A DNA stretch of 58,891 nucleotides, counting the filler. It is 3 parts of 3 records of this genome, joined end to end, with 100 filler letters (N's around TTAATTAATTAA, not from the genome) between each part and the next. Parts side by side here need not be neighbours in the genome. Positions count along the whole stretch, not along the records: positions 1 to 27,125 come from DRR378314_586; 2 more parts are not named here. The stretch is one strand, 5' to 3'. A model generated the notes under the pieces. That model saw only the letters and a program-made list of their open reading frames with translations. It was not told the DNA's origin and did no database searches. A program made the position numbers and the translations under genes. Below, piece by piece: positions 9,189-18,400 of the stretch. The first letter of the stretch is position 1. Each line of letters opens with the position of its first letter.

Positions 9189-10403
9189 GTGAAAATCGCA
9201 TATGTGCTGAATACGTATCCGCAAACCTCACAGAGCTTTGTCCGACGTGAAATCCAAGCACTGGAGCGGCGTGGCGTTGAAGTGCTGCGCTTGCCGATGC
9301 GTCCGTCTGACCAGGGGCTGGTTGATCCGGGCGATCAGGAGGAGAGAACGCGCTGTCAGTATGTACTGGCGTCGGGGGCGGCGCGTCTGCTGTTGGCCCT
9401 TTTGGCATGTGTCGCATGCGCGCCGCGCCGCAGCGGACGCGCTTTGCGGTTGGCGTTGCAAATGGGTGCTGCAAATGGCGCGCGCTTGCGTCATCTGATC
9501 TATCTGGTCGAAGCCGCATATGTCGCGCGCCTGGCACGGCGGACGCATTGCGATCACCTGCATGCGCATTTCGGTACCAACGCCACCACCGTTGCGCTGC
9601 TGGCGGCGCAGCTGGGCGGGGTGGGCTATAGTTTCACCACACATGGGCCAGAAGAATTTGATGCCCCGCATAGTTTGTCACTGGGGGAAAAAGTGGACCG
9701 CGCGCGCTTTGCCGTGGCGATTTCCAGCTTTGGTCGCAGTCAGCTCAGCCGCTGGTCCTCGTTCGGGGCATGGGACCGGATCAAGGTTGTGCACTGCGGT
9801 ATTGAGCCGGAACGGTTTCCGGAGCCCAAGCCGATGCCCAAGGGCCACCTGCGCCTCGTCGCGATCGGTCGGTTCGTGGAACAGAAGGGGCAGATGGTTT
9901 TGATCCGTGCCTTGGCGGATGCCGTGCGGGACGTTCCGGGCATCCACCTGACGCTTGTTGGCGACGGGGAGATGCGCGCTGATTTGGAGGCGGCCATAAC
10001 GAATCTTGGACTCGCGCAGCATGTGACGCTGACCGGCTGGTTGTCCGAGGCCGGCGTGCGTGATGAACTGGCAGGCGCGCATGCGCTGGTCATGCCATCC
10101 TTCGCCGAAGGACTGCCGATGGTGGTCATGGAAGCGATGGCCGCCGGGCGTCCGGTTCTGGCCACCTATATCGCAGGCACGCCCGAATTGGTTCTGCAGG
10201 GAGAGACCGGTTGGATGGTGCCTGCGGGTGACAGCCACGCCTTGGCAGATGCGATGGTGCGGTTGGCGTCCGTGCCGCATGACAAACTGACGGACATGGG
10301 AAAGATCGCGCGCGAGCGGGTCTTTGATCGACATGATATCGATTGCGAGGCCGAGAAGCTGGTAGAACATTTCGACCAAGCCATAAAAGGTCAGGCGACC
10401 TGA
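9189..10403 (+). CDS. Glycosyltransferase family 4 (WcaL-like)
   Basis: GTG start at 9189 after GGAAGG; KIAYVLNTYP..SQSFVRREI, HLHAHFG, GRFVEQKG, EGLPMVVMEAMA (EX7E). Confidence 0.92.
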   Translation: MKIAYVLNTYPQTSQSFVRREIQALERRGVEVLRLPMRPSDQGLVDPGDQEERTRCQYVLASGAARLLLALLACVACAPRRSGRALRLALQMGAANGARLRHLIYLVEAAYVARLARRTHCDHLHAHFGTNATTVALLAAQLGGVGYSFTTHGPEEFDAPHSLSLGEKVDRARFAVAISSFGRSQLSRWSSFGAWDRIKVVHCGIEPERFPEPKPMPKGHLRLVAIGRFVEQKGQMVLIRALADAVRDVPGIHLTLVGDGEMRADLEAAITNLGLAQHVTLTGWLSEAGVRDELAGAHALVMPSFAEGLPMVVMEAMAAGRPVLATYIAGTPELVLQGETGWMVPAGDSHALADAMVRLASVPHDKLTDMGKIARERVFDRHDIDCEAEKLVEHFDQAIKGQAT

Positions 10404-10414
10404 CCTGAGCAGTG

Positions 10415-11263
10415 TCAGCGTCCCCGTGCCCAAGCGTCCTTGGTTGCAAACAGGCGGGTTCTGACGGCGAGAGATACCGCGCCATAGACGATGAAACCGA
10501 TTGGGTGGCGTAAGATGATCCCAAGGAGCTGCGCCTTGGACAGCGGACGCGGGTCATCGTTTGCCAACAGTTCGGGGAAGCGCTGCGCGATTTCTGCAAC
10601 CCCGTGATCCTGTCGGCGGCGCACGCGGACAAGGTTGCGAAAGCCCTCGACCATGGGCCAATGATATCGTCCGGGTAGCCGAATGCGTTCGTCCGGGGTG
10701 AAATTCAGCCGGGCAAATGTATCGTCGGAGATAATGTCAGGCCAGCTTTCCCAACGTGCCCGCCCCGCCGATGTCATCGCAAAGAGACCGAAGCCGGGCG
10801 CGCCGGTCGTTACAAAGGGCAATTGCGTCCAGACGGCTGCATAGGCGCGGGTTATCGGACTTTTGGCACGTTTCACACAGGGGCTGCCACTGGCATAGCG
10901 GGGGGCATCGCTGGCAAGTGCCGTCGCGATCTGCGCCAGCATCCCCGGCTCAACCTGAACGTCGGCGTCTAGAAATACGCGCACCTGGCCACGCGCTTTC
11001 GCATCCCCTTCGGTCAGCGCGGCGAGCTTGCCGCCTTCGGCGCGTTCCAGCACCGACACGCTCCACCCCCGTGGGGGCACCCTGCTGCGGGCAATTTCAG
11101 CGGTCTGGTCCGTGCAGCCATTGGCCAGAACCAGAACCTCGACCTGATGGTCTGGTGGCATGGCGGAAGAGGCATAGAGCGCGGCAAGACAATCGGCGAT
11201 ATAGGCCGCCTCGTTATGGGCAGGAATCAGCACCGAGAGGATGCGGTTCTGCGGGGATGTCAC
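10415..11263 (-). CDS. Glycosyltransferase family 2
   Basis: SVLIPAHNE, NGCTDQT, FLDAD (DXD), IISDD. GTG start at 11263 overlaps the upstream stop (GTGA). Confidence 0.9.
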   Translation of the reverse strand: MTSPQNRILSVLIPAHNEAAYIADCLAALYASSAMPPDHQVEVLVLANGCTDQTAEIARSRVPPRGWSVSVLERAEGGKLAALTEGDAKARGQVRVFLDADVQVEPGMLAQIATALASDAPRYASGSPCVKRAKSPITRAYAAVWTQLPFVTTGAPGFGLFAMTSAGRARWESWPDIISDDTFARLNFTPDERIRLPGRYHWPMVEGFRNLVRVRRRQDHGVAEIAQRFPELLANDDPRPLSKAQLLGIILRHPIGFIVYGAVSLAVRTRLFATKDAWARGR

Positions 11264-13797
11264 CGGGCGGCCTCCAGCATGTCCCAACGCGGATTGTCGT
11301 CCGAAAGCGTGCGCAAGGCACCCCAGCTGCCCCACCGACCAGCCACCGAAACATCGGAATAGGCGCCAAACAACTGGCCGCCGAGGTCTGGCCAGGCATT
11401 CAGCAGCAGTCGGTAGAGGTCCGCCATCTCAGCCGTATAGTTCAAATGGGTGAAAAAGCCGGTCAACGCGTCGTCATCGACCAACGGCCCGTGGCCGACG
11501 ACATGGCTGCCGCCCTCGTACATGATCAGATCAAGACTGTGCTTTTGAGCAACCTCCGCATGATAAGGCAGAACGCGGGTCAGAAGATCGTTCAGTGTCC
11601 CTTCGGGATCGCCTGCATTCAGCCCGTCTTGCAGCTCCACCGCTGCTTGCGCGACCGCGACGTCATAGCGGTGCTCGGCCACATAAGCCTCTGCTGCGGA
11701 ACCGCGCAGACCTTTCTCCGCGGCTGCGCTGCGGGCGCGCTCCAGACTATCGGCAATCCAGGCACGGACCATGGGGGCGCGCTCCTGCGTGCCGAGGGAC
11801 GCCCCGAAGTAGCCGGTGATCGCATAGGCATCAAAACTGCGATAGGGCGGTTGTCGCGTGCCATCCGCTGCCGTCCAGAGAGGCGCGGTCAGGACTTGCT
11901 CCTCAAGTCCGAGCCAGCCTGTCTGAGATGAAATGACCCGAACCAGCCGGTTGGACAGATCCGCCTGTTCCTGCCCTTCGGAGAAGACGTCAGTCCAGAT
12001 CCCGGCAACCTCTGCCGCGCGGCCCCCGTAGTATTGCAACCAAAGCCCATCGCTTCCCCAGGTCGCGCGCGCTTGTTTGTCGGCCCAATGCGCCTGTTGG
12101 AACTGCCAGTTCCAGACCTCGTTCGAGTACTCGACATAGGCTTTCAGATCCTCGTCGAGCCCGTCGCGAACCAGCGTGGCGAAATTGCGCACATAGGTGT
12201 CGTCTGCCATGTGGGGCAGGGTGAACCACGGGTCGGCACCGATCCGGTTTGCCAATGTCACCAGCACTTCGGCAGGCACACCGTTTGGTGTCCAGGTGTA
12301 GTCGGCAAAGCGCGGGCGATCCTCCCAGCCGACCTGTTTCGAGTTGTTGGTCTCCATCCAATCCATGAAGCGCAGGGAGGCAAAGCCCTCGATCCTGTCC
12401 AGCCAATCCGGATTAAACAGCGCCCCGCGTTCGAATGCCTGCAGGTCAGATTCACGCACCACCGTGATATTTCGCACATAATCGCCGGTTTCTTCGCGAT
12501 CACTGCGTTGGATACGGATATCGACCGCTCCCTGGCCTGGGGTGAAATCAAAGGAAACCTCGTTCTTGCCATAGCGCACGTTGGTGGCCCGGCCTCCGGC
12601 CTCGACAATACCCTGTCCGTCAAACTGCAGGACGTAGCGTCCCGCAAGGCTGGTTGCGGTCTCCGGCAGGTCGTTCAATAGCACGGTTCCGATCGAGCCC
12701 AGTTCCGGTGGAATGGCCAGTGGCCAGCCGTCCGGGTCCAGATATCCGGCAGCTCGCAATTCTTCCTCGGTGACGCCCCCCCAGCGGCCCGGTAGATGTC
12801 CGATCCAGGCGCGGGCGGTCTTGAAGTGATCGATAAACGGCGCCTGAGGGCTCCAGTCCCGCACGGCGGCGAGGTTCATCGCGACAGGTTGCCGACGCAC
12901 CTCAGGTTGCAGATCCGGTTTCGGTGCAAAGGATACATCGGCATTCAAGGCGGCAATGGGCGGGTCTGCGGGTAAATCGAGGGGATCTGGCGGCAGGCTT
13001 GTACGCTCCGAGGAGCCAGTGGCGGCACGGGCCGCAATTTCCTGCAGGCGCTGGGCAAGCTCGGGCGAGGGCGTGGAGTAGGGGGTGCCCCATTCGGTTT
13101 TCAACACGCGCGGCAATCCTTCGGGAGAGTTGCCCGTCAGAACGGCGTATTGCACAAGCGCGAGATAGTAGAACCCGATGTCATCTGGGTGGATGTCGTC
13201 CGAAAAGATATCGCGGATGTTGCGCAGACCGGGAACGGTTCCGGCCTTGATCGCATCATCCAGGCGCCCCAGCGCCTGTCCGGTCGGCAGCAGGCGGATA
13301 TCACCACCGGTCGTTGCCTTCACCTTGTCAACGATTGACTGCCAGTGCTGCAGATCGTTGTCGAGCCGGTTACGCCACGCAACCTCGCCGCCATCGTCGA
13401 AGGGGACGTCTTCGCCGGTGCCGCTCAGCAGGCTATGCCAGCCCTCTTGAACATAGAGAGTGACGTTTGGGTTCGTGGACGCGGCAAGCGTGTAGAAATT
13501 TTCCACCGCGCTCTTGGGGTCGCTCCAGCGCAGATGGTTTGCCAGTGGGACAGCTTCTGTGACGATGACAACATCAGTCGGGCGCTCGGCCAGACGGGTG
13601 CGGGCGTTGATGCCTTGTGCCTTGTCAGCGTGTTCCCAGTTGTAGCGCAGCGGCGCACCATTGATGACCTGATATTCGACAACGGGCTGGTTGTTCTGAC
13701 CAGTCGCCAGAAGCTGTTGCACCATGCGCGGGTTTTCCGGACCGATCAGGGAGTGTCCGATCATGACGACAGCGCTGATAAGGTCCGCAGTGCTCAT
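11260..13797 (-). CDS. 845-aa fusion: SGNH-like N-terminal domain plus putative clan GH-A-like glycoside hydrolase/carbohydrate-binding domain
   Basis: N-terminal GHSL and DDIHP (DxxH); Pro-rich linker; C-terminal LRFMDW, YVEYSNEVWNW and MYEGGSH. The ORF is secure; the function is inferred. Confidence 0.6.
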   Translation of the reverse strand: MSTADLISAVVMIGHSLIGPENPRMVQQLLATGQNNQPVVEYQVINGAPLRYNWEHADKAQGINARTRLAERPTDVVIVTEAVPLANHLRWSDPKSAVENFYTLAASTNPNVTLYVQEGWHSLLSGTGEDVPFDDGGEVAWRNRLDNDLQHWQSIVDKVKATTGGDIRLLPTGQALGRLDDAIKAGTVPGLRNIRDIFSDDIHPDDIGFYYLALVQYAVLTGNSPEGLPRVLKTEWGTPYSTPSPELAQRLQEIAARAATGSSERTSLPPDPLDLPADPPIAALNADVSFAPKPDLQPEVRRQPVAMNLAAVRDWSPQAPFIDHFKTARAWIGHLPGRWGGVTEEELRAAGYLDPDGWPLAIPPELGSIGTVLLNDLPETATSLAGRYVLQFDGQGIVEAGGRATNVRYGKNEVSFDFTPGQGAVDIRIQRSDREETGDYVRNITVVRESDLQAFERGALFNPDWLDRIEGFASLRFMDWMETNNSKQVGWEDRPRFADYTWTPNGVPAEVLVTLANRIGADPWFTLPHMADDTYVRNFATLVRDGLDEDLKAYVEYSNEVWNWQFQQAHWADKQARATWGSDGLWLQYYGGRAAEVAGIWTDVFSEGQEQADLSNRLVRVISSQTGWLGLEEQVLTAPLWTAADGTRQPPYRSFDAYAITGYFGASLGTQERAPMVRAWIADSLERARSAAAEKGLRGSAAEAYVAEHRYDVAVAQAAVELQDGLNAGDPEGTLNDLLTRVLPYHAEVAQKHSLDLIMYEGGSHVVGHGPLVDDDALTGFFTHLNYTAEMADLYRLLLNAWPDLGGQLFGAYSDVSVAGRWGSWGALRTLSDDNPRWDMLEAAR

Positions 13798-14771
13798 TGT
13801 GTCTCCGATATGGCGAAAGAGGATGCGGCCTGAACCCCAGTTTGGGGCAGGCGGGTGACCACGCCCCAGACAATGGCTTGCAGCTGTCGCGCGCCCTCCG
13901 CGTCCAGCGCGGTGAAGGAGCTGCCGTCTGCCAATGTGATCTCATGCGGCACCCCTTCGGGCGACTGGTGGTAGAGCACCGCATAATGTGTAAGCGCCAC
14001 GACGTATGCGCCAAGCGGGCTGAGGTGGATCTGGTCCAGGGCGCCGTCCGGCAACCGGTCAAACAGATCGTTGCGGCTGTCTAGACCGGGGATCTCTCCC
14101 GCCTCGGCCGCGCGTGTGACGGCAGCGAGCGCCTGCCCGCCAGGGATCAAGTACAAGGGGCGCGGGGGCGCGGATTTGCGATCCTTGGCCAACAGACGAC
14201 CCAGCCAGAGGTCTTGCAGGTCATTGTCGATCCGCGTCAGCCACCCGTCCGGGTCGTCCAACCGATGCCAGGTTTCGTAGATATAAAGCCGTGTCTCCGG
14301 ATTGCCGCGCCGCGCAAGCTGGGCCCAGCGGTGCAGGTATTCGGCAGCATCAAAATACTTGAGTGCATCGCGCAGTTCGACCATCTCGGTGAAGATGACC
14401 GCATCATAATCACCCGCTTGCAACGCGTCTTTTGGGTCGCGCCAAACCGGCGGGGCATTGACCATGTCAAAGTCGAGAATTGGTTCGCTGTCTTCCCAAT
14501 GCGCCCTGAGGGACGTGCCGGAGCCGCGTTGGACGTTAAAGCGATGCTCAACGCCGGAGAGCTGTGCCAGCATGACCGGCATATCCGCCCCCACCAGCGA
14601 ATGCCCCAGATGGTAGACCCGCATGGCCCCAACGGGCGGAGCAAGCGCGGGCACGTCGTTCAGGGGGCTCTGGCCTGGCCCCAATAGCCAGACGCCAACA
14701 GCGCCAATCGGTACCAATGCGCCGAGCGCGATAAGGCCACGTCGGGGCAGGTTCAGAAGGCGACGGATCAT
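13794..14771 (-). CDS. SGNH-like esterase/acyltransferase with N-terminal twin-Arg/TM segment
   Basis: PRRGLIALGALVPIGAVGVWLL N-terminus; LGHSLV and DQIHL motifs; visibly paralogous to the N-terminal domain of 11260-13797. Confidence 0.6.
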   Translation of the reverse strand: MIRRLLNLPRRGLIALGALVPIGAVGVWLLGPGQSPLNDVPALAPPVGAMRVYHLGHSLVGADMPVMLAQLSGVEHRFNVQRGSGTSLRAHWEDSEPILDFDMVNAPPVWRDPKDALQAGDYDAVIFTEMVELRDALKYFDAAEYLHRWAQLARRGNPETRLYIYETWHRLDDPDGWLTRIDNDLQDLWLGRLLAKDRKSAPPRPLYLIPGGQALAAVTRAAEAGEIPGLDSRNDLFDRLPDGALDQIHLSPLGAYVVALTHYAVLYHQSPEGVPHEITLADGSSFTALDAEGARQLQAIVWGVVTRLPQTGVQAASSFAISETQ

Positions 14772-15478
14772 GTGCAGGGCTCGTTGTTCAGGATCTCGAC
14801 CGCAGTGATGATTACCCCGCTCCCGATGGCAAATCGACCCTGAAGATGGTCTCCGACACGAAAAGGTGGTTGGGGAGCGGTAAATCTTGCGGTGAAAGAC
14901 TGTTCTGCCAGGTTGAAGTGCAGCTCCAACCCATCAAAGCCGAAGTAACACGTCGAGAGTGCGTATTGCGCCTTGTATGCGGCTTCTTTGGCGGAGAACA
15001 AAAGCTTGCCAGCTTGTCCCGGGTCGGCTTGCGCGGTTATCCAATCGCGTTCTGCGCGGCTGGCAATGCTGGGCCACAGATCCCGCGAGAGCGGCGTATC
15101 CTCTTCGACGTCTATGCCGATGCCGGGGTGCGTGGCGCGTCGGGCCACTGCCGCCAGAGCGCAGCTGCGACAATGGGTAATGGTGCCGCTGAGGTCGGCG
15201 GGCCAAATGGGCGCGCGTTTCGGGCCGATGCGGATGGGCACCGGTGTTCGATTCAACGCGCGCATCGCCTGATGTGCGGCGGCGCGACCGGCAGCAAACT
15301 CGTGGCGGCGCTTGTCCACTGCGTTCTGCGACAGGCCAGCGGTCTCTTCTGGAAACGGTTCAGGAGGTGTACCGAGCGGATCTTGTGCGGCAATGGCGAC
15401 CTGATCGGACAGCAGCGGACGCAGCAGCTGCAACCGGATATCTGTCAGGTCGGGGAGGGCGGATGCCTCAGGGTTCAT
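14768..15478 (-). CDS. 4'-phosphopantetheinyl transferase (EntD/Sfp-type)
   Basis: RRHEFAAGRAAA, PIWP..LSGTITH, GIGIDVE, LLFSAKEAAYKA. Confidence 0.93.
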   Translation of the reverse strand: MNPEASALPDLTDIRLQLLRPLLSDQVAIAAQDPLGTPPEPFPEETAGLSQNAVDKRRHEFAAGRAAAHQAMRALNRTPVPIRIGPKRAPIWPADLSGTITHCRSCALAAVARRATHPGIGIDVEEDTPLSRDLWPSIASRAERDWITAQADPGQAGKLLFSAKEAAYKAQYALSTCYFGFDGLELHFNLAEQSFTARFTAPQPPFRVGDHLQGRFAIGSGVIITAVEILNNEPCT

Positions 15479-18400
15479 CCGGTCCGCCCCCTGCGATTGG
15501 CCCGCATGGCGCGTCGTTTGGACATTGTCTCTGCTCGCTCGGCGGGAGCCGTTGACGGCTCTGCCCGTTCAGCCTGGGAGGATGTTCCACCGTTTGCAAG
15601 CTGCTCGATATGGCCAGCCAACCTGTCCAGCGTCGGGAAGCGGAAGATATCGGTGATCGACAGGCGCTCGGCCTTGAGTGCGCTGCGGATGTCACGATGG
15701 GCCTGCACTGCCAGCAGCGAATGTCCGCCAAGGGCAAAGAAGTTGTCGCCCTGCTGCACGCCCGGCACCCCGAGGAGCTGTTGCCAGATCTCGGCGATCT
15801 GCATTTCGGTGGTGGATCGGGGCATTGTGGTAGCTGCCGCGGTGGGCGAGACGCCCCGCGCAGGCTGCGGGTCGGGCAGGGCCTTGCGGTCGATCTTCTT
15901 GTTCGGGGTCAGCGGGAAGGTATCCAGCGTCACGATATGCGCGGGCACCATGACCTCGGAGAGCTGTCGGGACAGCTGCGCCTTGGCCGCATGTTCTGAC
16001 ACCGGCGTCGACACAGTGACATAGCCCACCAGCCGCTCGTCCGCGCCAATCCTGCGCGGGATCACCACGGCGCCGGTGACGCCTTCGAGTGCGGCCAGAG
16101 CAGCCTCGATCTCGCCCAGCTCGATGCGCTGGCCGCGGATCTTGACCTGATGATCGGTGCGTCCCAGGAACTCCAGCTTGCCGGCGGCGTTCCACCGCAC
16201 CAGATCGCCGGTGCGATACATCTGCACGCCCGGGTGGAAGGGATCAGCCGGGAACCGCTCCGCCGTGAGGTCAGTGCGTTGCCAATAGCCGGCGGTGACG
16301 CCTGCGCCGCCGATGCACAGCTCGCCCGCGGCACCGACGGGGACGGGCTGATCTGCGGCATCCAACACATAGACGCAGGTATTGGCGACCGGGGTGCCGA
16401 TGGAGGCCACACCCGCTGGCGTGGCTTCCAGGGTTTCTACGGTGGACCAGATCGTGGTCTCGGTCGGGCCATACATGTTGTGCAGCGTGGCGCGGGTCTG
16501 GCTGCGCAGGGCGGCGACCAGATCGCCGGGCAGGGCCTCGCCACCGACCAGCATATGTTGCAGGCGGCCAAGCACCGGGGCGGCATCCGGGTCGCTGGCG
16601 ATCATGCGGGCCATTGAAGGCGTGCACTGCATATGTGTGACCCCGTGGCGCAGGATTTGCGCCGCCAATGATATGTCATCCTCCGCGAGGGCCTGGACGC
16701 GGTTGGCGCGGCGCAGGACCTCAGCCAGCGGCTTCAGCCCCTCCAGCACCACATTGGGCGCGATACCGTAGTCGATCAGGCAGGCGACCTCGCTGACGCC
16801 GATGCGCTTGAGATCCTCCACCCGCGCCACCGCGTCCTCGACCGTGCCAAACAGGCCGGAGTCCTCGAAGTAGCGGTCAAAGGCAAAGTCGAGGATCGCC
16901 TCCAACTCTTCGGGGCTGAGGCTGCCCAGATCCATCTCGAAGGGATTGTCGACCCCTTTGGGTTTCTTGAACGCCGGAAAGGCCCAGGCGTATTGCTTGA
17001 TCAGCCCGGCAGCGGAGCGCAGATAATCCTTCATCGGTTCGCGCGCCACCTCGCGGGTGGCCTCGCGCGTCTCGGCGAGATAGGTGTGCAGCATCAGCGT
17101 GACGGTGAAATCCGACGGGTCATGACCGGCCTCGCGCAGCGCTTGATGATAGAGCGCGATCTTGTCGCCGACCTCGTCGATGCTCTGGCCCAGCAGGTGG
17201 GTCAACACATTGGCACCGACGCGGCCCGCCTCGCGCCAGGTCTCCGGGTTGCCAGCCGTCGTGACCCAGACGGCCAGGTCATCGGAAACAGGGCGCGGTT
17301 GGGTGATCACGCTGTGGGTGCCACCGTCCTGCCGCGGAAAGGCGACCTCCTCGCCGCGCCACAGCTTGCGGACGGTTTCCAGTGCTTCGAATAGTGCGGG
17401 TTTGTTGGCGGGGGGCGTGTTCTCGGGCCGCAGGATGAAATCATCCGGTTGCCAGCCGGAGGCAAAGCCGATGCCCGCGCGGCCACCGGTGAGGTTATCG
17501 ATCACCGCCCATTCCTCGGCAATGCGGGCGGGGTGATGCAAGGGGGCCACGCAGGAGCCGGCGCGCACCCCGATGTTACGGGTGACCGCCGCCACCGCAG
17601 CCCCGGTTACCGACGGGTTTGGATAGGGGCCGCCAAAGGCGTGGAAATGTCGCTCCGGCGTCCAAACCGCGTTGAAGCCATGCGCATCGGCGAATTTCGC
17701 CCCCTCAAGCAGCAGTTCGTATTTCTTCTCGCCCGCGCCGTCGTCATTGCCCCAGTAGTAGAGGTTGAAGTCCATCTTGCGGTCGCTGAGCGTGATGGGG
17801 CCGTTCGAAAGCTGCAGGCGGCTTTCGTCGCTCGACAGTACCAGTTTGAAGCCGCGTGCCAGGGTCCAGAACAGCTCCAGCACCGAGATGTCGAAGGACA
17901 GGCTGGTGACCGCGAGCCAGACGTCGCCTTCCTTGTGGGGAATGCGCGCATCCATCGCGGTGAAGAAGTTCGCCACATTGCGATGGCGCACCATCACGCC
18001 CTTGGGCAGGCCGGTGGAGCCGGAAGTGTAGATCAGATAGGCCAGATCCTCTGCCGTGGCGCCGCCCGTGATCTCGGTCGTCCCGCCCGAGAGGTCGAGC
18101 GTGTCCAGATGCAGGGGCAGAGCGGTGCTGTCGGGCAGGTCCGATGCAAGGTCCGACTGGGTGACAATAACCGAGGCCTGACTGTCGGTGATGTAATGCG
18201 CTATACGATCCGCCGGGTAGGCCGGGTCCAGCGGCACATAGGTACCGCCTGCCTTCAGAATGCCGAGGGTGGCAATCACCAGATCCATCGAGCGGCGCAG
18301 ATAGACACCGACATGGCAGCCGGGGGAGACGCCCTGTGCCTGCAGATGCCGGGCCAAGGCGGTGGCGCGCTGGTTCAGCTCTGCATAGGTCAACTGCTGG

